Shown: one piece after another, positions 46,269-53,368 of the stretch
Layout of the letters: each line of letters opens with the position of its first letter
How positions within the stretch are numbered: position 1 is the first letter of the stretch
NCBI GenBank assembly: GCA_045602385.1
Contig: JAZSBL010000040.1
Location: forward strand, 5,454 to 69,453
Direction: 5' to 3'
Length of the DNA: 64,000 bases
From: Eubacteriales bacterium
GTDB lineage: Bacteria > Bacillota > Clostridia > Oscillospirales > CAG-272
Position numbers and translations under genes: made by a program
Notes under the pieces: model-generated
The model's input: only the letters and a program-made list of their open reading frames with translations
Database searches by the model: none
Told to the model about the DNA's origin: nothing

Positions 46269-46655
46269 ATGAAATTTCCGGCAATCAAGGAACACCATCT
46301 TTATAACAAGACATATCGCTCATCAAGGCGGTTTTTCGGCAAATACGTATGCATATATATATTAAAGGATACACATGCCCGTCTTTTGCAGAAGAGCCAC
46401 CCGGAAAAGATAATCGTTAACCGCTTTGGAATATCGGTATCAAAGAAGATAGGCACGGCGGTAAAGAGAAATCGCGCAAAGAGAGTCATCAGGGCGGCAT
46501 ACGCTCCGCTTGAGGACAAGCTCAATAAGGGATTTCTTATTGTTGTCAGTGCAAAGCCCGAAATAAACGGGGTAAAGAGCACAGACGTTCAAAACGAAAT
46601 GAGATATGCCTTTAAAAGACTTGACATGATTGGCGGCGGGGCTCAAAGCACATGA
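46269..46655 (+). CDS. rnpA: Ribonuclease P protein component
   Basis: 128 aa. ATG follows AGAGGTGA. …[22 protein letters not shown]… is the RnpA signature region. Confidence 0.9.
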   Translation: MKFPAIKEHHLYNKTYRSSRRFFGKYVCIYILKDTHARLLQKSHPEKIIVNRFGISVSKKIGTAVKRNRAKRVIRAAYAPLEDKLNKGFLIVVSAKPEINGVKSTDVQNEMRYAFKRLDMIGGGAQST

Positions 46656-46999
46656 AGCACATATGTATTGCTTTGATCCGCTTTTACAGAAAATTTTTAT
46701 CTCCCTTAAAATCGAAGCCCTGCTGTAGGTTTACACCTTCATGCTCAGCCTACGCCCTTGAGGCGTTTACGAAACGCGGCTTTTTCGTCGGAATGTACCT
46801 GACTGTAACGAGAATCTTCCGTTGCAATCCGTTCTGTCCCGGCGGATACGATCCCGTACCGCTTACGGGACTCAAAAACAAAACGGGCAGGGAAGATAAG
46901 GCTTTTCAAAATGGCGGTGGAGACGGCGACAGATTTGTTTTTAAATACGATCTTGAGCTTGAAGCTCCCAAAAAGAAGTCCAAAAGAAAGAAAAAGTAA
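46652..46999 (+). CDS. yidD: Membrane protein insertion efficiency factor YidD with a roughly 45-aa Lys-rich C-terminal extension
   Basis: …[30 protein letters not shown]…GGYDPVP. ATGA overlap with rnpA. Confidence 0.88.
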   Translation: MKHICIALIRFYRKFLSPLKSKPCCRFTPSCSAYALEAFTKRGFFVGMYLTVTRIFRCNPFCPGGYDPVPLTGLKNKTGREDKAFQNGGGDGDRFVFKYDLELEAPKKKSKRKKK

Positions 47000-47019
47000 C
47001 GAGAGGACTAAAATTAGTA

Positions 47020-48396
47020 ATGAACACGAAAACAATCAAAAAATTCTTGCCGAGAATTGCACTCGTTCTCGTAATTCTGGCTATGCTTGCAGTGGCCATG
47101 ACAAGCTGCGCAAGCAACACGGTTGTACAGAACACAGACAGAACCGTTGAAGAGTGGCAACAAACAACAGTTAATCTCGAATCCAGTACGGGATTCCTTG
47201 ATAAGCTTCTCTCCTACATCGGTATATTCCTCGGCTGGATAACACTAATAATGCCTGCAAACAGCTACATTCTCACGCTCTTCGTATTTGCGGTACTGCT
47301 TGAGATCGTAATGCTTCCTTTTGCAATCAAGCAGCAGAAGAACTCCATCAAGCAGGCAAGACTCCGTCCCAAGGAGATGGCTATCCGCAAAAGATACGCA
47401 GGAAGAAACGACCAGGCGACCATGCAGAAGCTTAACATGGAGATCCAGGAGCTTTACCGTTCCGAAAACTTTAATCCTATGTCGGGCTGCTTCCAGCTGC
47501 TTTTGCAGTTCCCCATCATCATCGTGCTTTATTGGCTCGTTGTTGACCCGATACAGTACGTGTGCGGAGGATCCAGAGACCTTATCAGCGCTCTCTACGG
47601 ATATATGAACGCTAATCCCGACGTATTCGGCGGTGTTAAGAGCACAAACGGATCTATTGAGATCTTCGGTAAGCTCAAGGACATTGTAGCGGATCAGGGT
47701 GTCGAAGTGCTCGAAGGACTGAAGACCTTCTGCGCAAACGGTGAAGACGTTTATAACAGGGTCGTAGAGATATCTCAAACCCCCGCCAACTTCTTCATAG
47801 GCGACGTAAACCTCGGTCTTACACCCACGTTTGATTTCTCAACAGTCAACGCATGGTTGCTCCTTGTACCTGTTTTGACCTTCCTTGCCTACTTTGGATC
47901 GATGAAGATCAACAGAAAGCTTCAGTTCCAGCCCACACAGAACGTAGATGCGCGCCAGCAGGCATGCTCCAACAACATGATGGATATTACAATGCCCCTC
48001 ATGAGCGTATGGATGACATTCCTTCTCCCCGCAGCAGTCGGTGTATACTGGATATTCAAGAGCATCATCGGTGTTGGAAAGCAGTTTATCATGAGCCGTG
48101 TTATGCCCCTTCCCAAGTTCACGGAAGAGGATTACAAGCTTGCGGAAAAAGAGCTTAACGGTAAGAATCCCCCCAAGAAGATAGTCAAGTCCGAGAAAGC
48201 GGGAACTGTTCGCTCGCTCCACCATATCGACGACGAGGACTACGACGAAAAGGGAAACTACTGCCCCAAGGTGGTAGAGACCGTAGCTGTTGAATCCCCT
48301 GCCGCGGAAAAGGTTGCGGACAACAAGATGACCCAAGGAGCCGCCCTCAAGGACGAGAGCGACAAGGGCTCCAAGAGGAAAAAGAAAAAAGACTAA
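47020..48396 (+). CDS. yidC: YidC/Oxa1 family membrane insertase (458 aa, long for a Firmicute)
   Basis: Lipobox-like …AMTSC-AS. Conserved …LPFAIKQQKNSIKQARLRPKEMAIRKRY… and …NFNPMSGCFQLLLQFPIII…. Basic C-terminal tail. Confidence 0.88.
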   Translation: MNTKTIKKFLPRIALVLVILAMLAVAMTSCASNTVVQNTDRTVEEWQQTTVNLESSTGFLDKLLSYIGIFLGWITLIMPANSYILTLFVFAVLLEIVMLPFAIKQQKNSIKQARLRPKEMAIRKRYAGRNDQATMQKLNMEIQELYRSENFNPMSGCFQLLLQFPIIIVLYWLVVDPIQYVCGGSRDLISALYGYMNANPDVFGGVKSTNGSIEIFGKLKDIVADQGVEVLEGLKTFCANGEDVYNRVVEISQTPANFFIGDVNLGLTPTFDFSTVNAWLLLVPVLTFLAYFGSMKINRKLQFQPTQNVDARQQACSNNMMDITMPLMSVWMTFLLPAAVGVYWIFKSIIGVGKQFIMSRVMPLPKFTEEDYKLAEKELNGKNPPKKIVKSEKAGTVRSLHHIDDEDYDEKGNYCPKVVETVAVESPAAEKVADNKMTQGAALKDESDKGSKRKKKKD

Positions 48397-48426
48397 GAGT
48401 GTAACACATCAATAGGAGAAACAATC

Positions 48427-49074
48427 GTGAATAATGAAATAATCGTAACAGGCAAGACCGTTGAGGATGCCGTTGCAGCCGCTGTTGCCGAGCTTGGCGC
48501 AGGCAGCGCCGCAGAGGTAGAATACACGGTCGTTGAGGAGCCCAAGAAGGGACTCTTCGGAATCGGCGCAGCTCCTGCCAAGATCAGCGCAAAGAGAATC
48601 TACAAGGGCGAGATCTTCGCACTTAACTTTATAAACCAGCTCGTTTCCGATATGGGACTTGACGTAACAGTTGAGCTTAAGGACGCAGAGGGATCAAAGG
48701 ACGCAAAGCTTATCGACATTCAGGGCGAGGGCGCAGGCGTGCTTATCGGTCATCACGGCGATACGCTTGACAGCTTGCAGTATCTTGCAAACCTTGCGGC
48801 AAACAAGAGAGTGGACGGCATTAAGCCCCCTTACGTTAAGATTTCTGTCGACGCAGAAGGCTATCGCGCAAAGAGAGAGGCTACTCTCCGCCAGCTTGCA
48901 AGAAGAATGGCTGACAGAGTCCTCAAGCAGAAAAAGAGCGTTATGCTTGAGCCCATGAACCCTTATGAGAGAAGGATAATTCACTCCGAGATCCAGAGTA
49001 TCGAGGGTGTTTCCACAAACTCTATCGGAAGTGAAAATAACAGAAAGATAGTTATTTTCCTGGACGAAAATTAA
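48427..49074 (+). CDS. jag: Jag/KhpB RNA-binding protein (Jag_N, KH, R3H)
   Basis: GTG start. …GHHGDTLDSLQYL… (KH) and …EPMNPYERRIIHSE… (R3H). Confidence 0.88.
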   Translation: MNNEIIVTGKTVEDAVAAAVAELGAGSAAEVEYTVVEEPKKGLFGIGAAPAKISAKRIYKGEIFALNFINQLVSDMGLDVTVELKDAEGSKDAKLIDIQGEGAGVLIGHHGDTLDSLQYLANLAANKRVDGIKPPYVKISVDAEGYRAKREATLRQLARRMADRVLKQKKSVMLEPMNPYERRIIHSEIQSIEGVSTNSIGSENNRKIVIFLDEN

Positions 49075-49081
49075 TAAAGAC

Positions 49082-49111
49082 AGCGGCTGATAAAAATCAG
49101 CCGCTCTTTTT
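49082..49111 (+). terminator. Terminator after jag
   Basis: AGCGGCTGA-TAAAAA-TCAGCCGCT followed by CTTTTT. Confidence 0.75.
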
Positions 49112-49210
49112 CGTTTGTTCATACTGTGGAAAAAAATTAGTGATATACTATTCATGTAATAACTAACATTTAATATTTTTCAGACCAAAAACAAAAAAGG
49201 ATGAACAGGT

Positions 49211-50437
49211 ATGAAATCGGTACGCAATCTTTTTAAAATAGGCGTTGGTCCCTCCAGCTCGCACACGATGGGCCCCGCGTTTGCCGCCAGAGAATTCAGG
49301 GTGAGATACCCCCAGTGCGACGATGTGACCGTCACGCTTTTCGGCTCTCTTGCCAAGACGGGCGAGGGGCACGGCACCGACCGCGTTATCCGCGAGGAGC
49401 TTGCCGGTCTAAAAACAGAAATAATTTTCAACACGAGCGACGAGGTCAAGCTTGAGCATCCCAACACGCTGTTGCTTGAGGGCTACAAGTCGGGCGAGAA
49501 GATCGCGGAGATGACCGTGCTGTCGGTCGGCGGCGGCGAGATAGTTATCGTTGGCGACGAGATAGTCGACGAGGACGGCGACGGAATCCCTGACGACGAG
49601 GTATACAGTGAGAAGACCTTTGCCGAGATAGCGGCGGTCTGCAAGGCGAGAAACATTCGTCTTTCCGACTACGTTTTCGAGCATGAGGATGCCGACTTCA
49701 AGCACTTCCTTGGTGAGGTGTGGCACACGATGTCCAACTCGATACGAGAGGGACTTATTCACACGGGAATTTTGCCCGGCGGTCTTGAGCTTGAGCGAAA
49801 GGCGCAGAAGCTTTACAATCAGCGACACATTGACGAGAGCCCCCAGACAAGAGAAAACAGGCTTGTCTGCGCGTACGCGTTTGCGGTAAGCGAGCAGAAC
49901 GCAGACTGCGGCAAGATAGTTACCGCGCCGACCTGCGGCTCCTGCGGTGTGCTTCCCGCGGTTCTTAAATATATGGAAGAGAAGAACTCCTTTACCGAGG
50001 ACGACATTTTCCGCGCGCTTGCGGTTGCGGGACTTATCGGCAACTTAGTTGCAACTAACGCGTCGGTCAGCGGCGCGGAATGCGGATGCCAGGCCGAGAT
50101 AGGAACGGCTTGCTCTATGGCGGCGGCGGCTTTGGCGGAGCTTTTCTACATGGGAATTGACCAGATAGAATACTCGGCGGTGGTCGCGCTTGAGCATCAC
50201 CTCGGTCTGACGTGCGGCCCTGTTTGCGGTCTTGTGCAGATCCCCTGCATTGAGAGAAACGCGGTTGCGGCGATGAGGGCGATAAACGCGCTCTCTCTTG
50301 CGAACTTCCTTTCGGACAGCCGCAAGATATCCTTTGACCTTGTTGTTGAGACGATGTATCAGACAGGCGTTGACCTCTCTCACATTTACAGAGAAACAAG
50401 TGAGGGCGGCCTTGCAAAGCTTTACAAGCACAACTGA
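49211..50437 (+). CDS. sdaA: L-serine ammonia-lyase (iron-sulfur dependent, single chain)
   Basis: N-terminal …FKIGVGPSSSHTMGP… and a Cys cluster region …APTCGSCGV…. Confidence 0.88.
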   Translation: MKSVRNLFKIGVGPSSSHTMGPAFAAREFRVRYPQCDDVTVTLFGSLAKTGEGHGTDRVIREELAGLKTEIIFNTSDEVKLEHPNTLLLEGYKSGEKIAEMTVLSVGGGEIVIVGDEIVDEDGDGIPDDEVYSEKTFAEIAAVCKARNIRLSDYVFEHEDADFKHFLGEVWHTMSNSIREGLIHTGILPGGLELERKAQKLYNQRHIDESPQTRENRLVCAYAFAVSEQNADCGKIVTAPTCGSCGVLPAVLKYMEEKNSFTEDDIFRALAVAGLIGNLVATNASVSGAECGCQAEIGTACSMAAAALAELFYMGIDQIEYSAVVALEHHLGLTCGPVCGLVQIPCIERNAVAAMRAINALSLANFLSDSRKISFDLVVETMYQTGVDLSHIYRETSEGGLAKLYKHN

Positions 50438-50449
50438 TCAATAAAAATT

Positions 50450-50480
50450 CCCCTTGCCGACTTGGCAAGGGGTTATTTTT
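50450..50480. terminator. Bidirectional terminator
   Basis: CCCCTTGCC-GACTT-GGCAAGGGG followed by TTATTTTT. Confidence 0.75.
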
Positions 50481-50521
50481 GTCTGTTTCGGCTTTTTTGG
50501 GGGGTGCTTTTGCTTCGGATG

Positions 50522-50998
50522 TTATTTTTTAGGTCTTACCTCGAGGCCGTGGTTGCTTATTTTCCTGAGATTTGCGGTGATAGTGAGCAGGCAATCGTAA
50601 AAGATGGCTCGGTCCTCGTCGGAGATACCCGCGCCCGCCGCGCTTACAGCTTCAACTGCTTTTTCGCGCACGAAATCTGCCGCGGTCTTGCCCTTTTCGG
50701 TCAAAACGAGCTTGGCGCGGTAAAAATTGTTCTTGTTTGTCTGTCGTATAACGAGACCGTTCTCCTCCATTTCGGCAAGGGTGCGGGAAATGCCCGCCTT
50801 GTCGCGGTCGGAGAGCTCGGCAAGCCTTGTGGCGGTGATACCCTCGGGAAATCTCGACATAATTGCGAGGTAGAGGGCATAAGAGCCGCGGTAGCCGTAT
50901 TTTTCCATTTCCTCACGCTCGATCTTCAAAATATATCTGTATATTCCGTTGATTGCGGAGGTGAAGCTTTCAAAGCGGTCGATCATTTCGTGCTGCAT
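50522..50998 (-). CDS. MarR family transcriptional regulator
   Basis: 158 aa from ATG 50998 (AGGGAGA RBS). Winged-HTH region …ITATRLAELSDRDKAGISRTLAEMEENGLV…. The 229-aa ORF extension is non-coding repeat sequence. Confidence 0.85.
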   Translation of the reverse strand: MQHEMIDRFESFTSAINGIYRYILKIEREEMEKYGYRGSYALYLAIMSRFPEGITATRLAELSDRDKAGISRTLAEMEENGLVIRQTNKNNFYRAKLVLTEKGKTAADFVREKAVEAVSAAGAGISDEDRAIFYDCLLTITANLRKISNHGLEVRPKK

Positions 50999-51015
50999 AA
51001 AATTCTCCCTTGTCG

Positions 51016-51092
51016 GTTGATTTTTCAAAGTTGTTGAGGTGTCAACGTTGGCGTTATGATAAATAATAGCATAAATTCGTTGATTTGTCAAC
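51016..51092. promoter_or_regulatory. Three GTTGA-N4-TCAA(C) palindromes upstream of the MarR gene (candidate operators)
   Basis: 51016-29 GTTGATTTTTCAAA (partial), 51033-46 GTTGAGGTGTCAAC and 51079-92 GTTGATTTGTCAAC. Both full sites are followed by GTT. Confidence 0.5.
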
Positions 51093-51138
51093 GTTTTTTT
51101 GGTGATAGGTGCAGAATGCAGAATTAATAAACCTGTAG

Positions 51139-51159
51139 GGGCGGATTCCATATCCGCCC
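51139..51159. repeat. GC hairpin GGGCGGAT-TCCAT-ATCCGCCC preceded by TGTAG
   Basis: 8-bp stem. The loop and stem contain GATTCCATA, the reverse complement of the TATGGAATC spacer at 11.5 kb. Confidence 0.7.
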
Positions 51160-51173
51160 GTCTTTCAAATTTT

Positions 51174-51365
51174 GATTTATCGGGGACTTTACGGCTGTAA
51201 ATTTTCGTCAAATTTCGCTTTGCGCCGTAGGGGCCGGCGTCCTCGGCGGGCCGTCTACGTGGAATTTAATAAAGCCTTATGGCTACGGGTCGCCGAGGAC
51301 GTCGACCCCTACGGCGCAAGGCGCACGCGAATGATAATTTATAGCCGTGAAGCCCCCCGATAAAT
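51174..51365. repeat. About 190-bp nested imperfect palindrome (outer arms about 28 bp, inner arms 27 bp, GC-rich)
   Basis: Outer arms 51174-51205 and 51336-51365. Inner arms 51222-51248 GCGCCGTAGGGGCCGGCGTCCTCGGCG and 51291-51317 (25-26 of 27 positions pair). A small apical hairpin AGCC-TTAT-GGCT sits at the top. Confidence 0.8.
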
Positions 51366-51405
51366 TGCAATTTATTGGGCAAGGAGAGAATATCTGCTTT
51401 TGTCC

Positions 51406-51434
51406 TTGACATGGGGCAGAAAGAGTGATATAAT
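51406..51434 (+). promoter_or_regulatory. Sigma-A promoter of the LRR lipoprotein gene
   Basis: TTGACA-17 nt-TATAAT. Confidence 0.7.
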
Positions 51435-51473
51435 ACGCATTATGAACTTTAGTAAACTAAAGGAGAGATAACT

Positions 51474-53252
51474 ATGAGGAAGCTATTGGTATTGCTGCTG
51501 ATTTTCGCGCTTTGCCTGCCCATGCTCAGCTCGTGCGGCGTTCCGAGCGAGCTGTTCGGCGAGGAAGTGACGACACAAGAAAATGAATCCGAGTCGGAGT
51601 CTTACACGCAAAGTCCCAATAATAAGTGGCACGACGATGATGACGACGAGGACGACGAGCGCGAATCTTCTACAAAGGAAGAGGCTGATACCGAGCCCGA
51701 ATCCTCTACAACAAAAGAAGAAGATACACAACCGAGCAAGGAACCCGGCGAAGGTCTTGAATTCACCTCAAACGGTGACGGAACCTGCTACGTCAGCGGA
51801 ATAGGAACCTGCGCCGACACCGATATAGTTATTCCGGCAATTTCTCCAAGTGGCGATACCGTCACAAGCATCGGCTATGCTGCGTTCAAATACTGTAGCG
51901 GACTTACAAGCGTAACGTTTGTCGAGAACAGCCAGCTCACAAGCATCGGTAATTATGCGTTCTACCACTGTAGCGGACTTACAAGCATAACGATACCGAG
52001 CAGCGTAACGAGCATCGGCTCTTATGCGTTCTCCGGATGTATCGGACTTACGAGCATAACGATACCGAGCGGTGTAAAGAGCATCGGCTCCGGTGCGTTC
52101 AAAGGCTGTAGCGTACTTGCAAGCGTAACGTTTGCCGAGAACAGCCAGCTCACAAGCATCTGCGATTATGCGTTCGAAGACTGTAGCAGACTTACAAGCA
52201 TAACGATACCGAGCAGCGTAACAAGCATCGGCGATCATGTGTTCAACGGCTGCAGCGGGCTTACAAGGGTAACGTTTGCTGAAAACAGCCGGCTTACAAG
52301 CATCGGCTCGGGTGCGTTCAAAGGCTGTAGCGGACTTGCAAGCGTAATGTTTGCCGAGAACGGCCTGCTCACAAGCATCGGCGATGATGCGTTCTACAAC
52401 TGTAGCGGACTTACAAGCGTAACGATACCGAGCAGCGTAACAAGCATCGGCAATAAGGCATTCTACCGATGTTACGGACTTACAAGCGTAGCGTTTGCCG
52501 AAAACAGCCAGCTCACAAGCATCGGCGATGATGCGTTCGCATACTGTAGCGGACTTACGAGCATAACGATACCGAGCGGCGTAACAAGCATCGGATATGA
52601 TGCGTTCTACAAATGTAGCGGACTTACAAGTATAACCGTACAATCCGGTAATACCACATATCACGGTACGGGTAATTGTTTAATCGAAACGCAGAACAAG
52701 ACGTTGATTGCGGGTTGTAAAAACAGTGTAATTCCTACCGACGGTGGCGTAACAAGCATCGGCAATTATGCATTCTCCGGCTGTATCGGACTTACAAGCA
52801 TAACAATACCGAGCAGCGTAACAAGCATCGGCTCTTCTGCGTTCTCCGGCTGTAGCGGACTTACAAGCGTAACGTTTGCCGAGAACAGCCAGCTCACAAG
52901 CATCGGCGAGAGGGCGTTCTACGAATGTAGCGGACTTACAAGTGTAACGTTTGCCGAGAACAGCCAGCTCACAAGCATCGGTGAGTATGCGTTCTATAGT
53001 TGCGCAAGCCTTACAAGCATAACTTTACCGAACAGCGTAACAAGCATCGAATACAGGGCGTTCTACGGCTGTAGCGAACTGAAAACCGTATATTACGGCG
53101 GAACACCGACGGAATGGGAGAATATGAGCATAGGTTCAATCAACTCATACTTAACCTCCGCTACACGCTATTATTACAGCGCGACCGAGCCGACGGATAC
53201 GCAGTACAAATATTGGTACTACGACGCAAACGGAAAGCCCACGGCGTGGTAA
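51474..53252 (+). CDS. Leucine-rich-repeat (BspA-like) surface lipoprotein
   Basis: Lipobox LSSC-G and an acidic linker (DDDDDEDDE). About 20 repeats of 23/25 aa of the form …C(S/I)GLTS(I/V)T(I/F)…S(V)TSIG..AF..C…. Confidence 0.85.
   Translation: MRKLLVLLLIFALCLPMLSSCGVPSELFGEEVTTQENESESESYTQSPNNKWHDDDDDEDDERESSTKEEADTEPESSTTKEEDTQPSKEPGEGLEFTSNGDGTCYVSGIGTCADTDIVIPAISPSGDTVTSIGYAAFKYCSGLTSVTFVENSQLTSIGNYAFYHCSGLTSITIPSSVTSIGSYAFSGCIGLTSITIPSGVKSIGSGAFKGCSVLASVTFAENSQLTSICDYAFEDCSRLTSITIPSSVTSIGDHVFNGCSGLTRVTFAENSRLTSIGSGAFKGCSGLASVMFAENGLLTSIGDDAFYNCSGLTSVTIPSSVTSIGNKAFYRCYGLTSVAFAENSQLTSIGDDAFAYCSGLTSITIPSGVTSIGYDAFYKCSGLTSITVQSGNTTYHGTGNCLIETQNKTLIAGCKNSVIPTDGGVTSIGNYAFSGCIGLTSITIPSSVTSIGSSAFSGCSGLTSVTFAENSQLTSIGERAFYECSGLTSVTFAENSQLTSIGEYAFYSCASLTSITLPNSVTSIEYRAFYGCSELKTVYYGGTPTEWENMSIGSINSYLTSATRYYYSATEPTDTQYKYWYYDANGKPTAW
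51840..53070. repeat. Near-identical tandem coding repeats (about 69-75 nt period) of the LRR gene
   Basis: Strings such as GGACTTACAAGCATAACGATACCGAGCAGCGTAACAAGCATCGG recur many times. Confidence 0.85.
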
Positions 53253-53293
53253 ATAAAAGCAAGTAACACAAAATAAAAACACAAAAAACAATT

Positions 53294-53319
53294 AAGGCAA
53301 CCGCGTTTGCGGTTGCCTT
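53294..53319. terminator. Bidirectional terminator between the LRR and Sel1 genes
   Basis: AAGGCAACCGC-GTTT-GCGGTTGCCTT followed by TTCTT. Confidence 0.75.
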
Positions 53320-53368
53320 TTCTTGTATATAAGTTGTTTTTTAAAATTTTTCAGTTTGGGGCGGAGAA

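Noticed and set aside
50999-51363. N-terminal extension of the MarR ORF (to 51211) and the 63-aa ORF at 51172-51363 (RRRGRRPRRAV…)
   Set aside because: Both are translations of operator or palindromic repeat DNA. A good RBS and ATG at 50998 gives a normal-length MarR protein.
51768-52664. 298-aa minus-strand ORF with a repeated ACKSATV… pattern
   Set aside because: It is an antisense reading of the LRR tandem repeats, and its periodicity merely mirrors the sense repeats.
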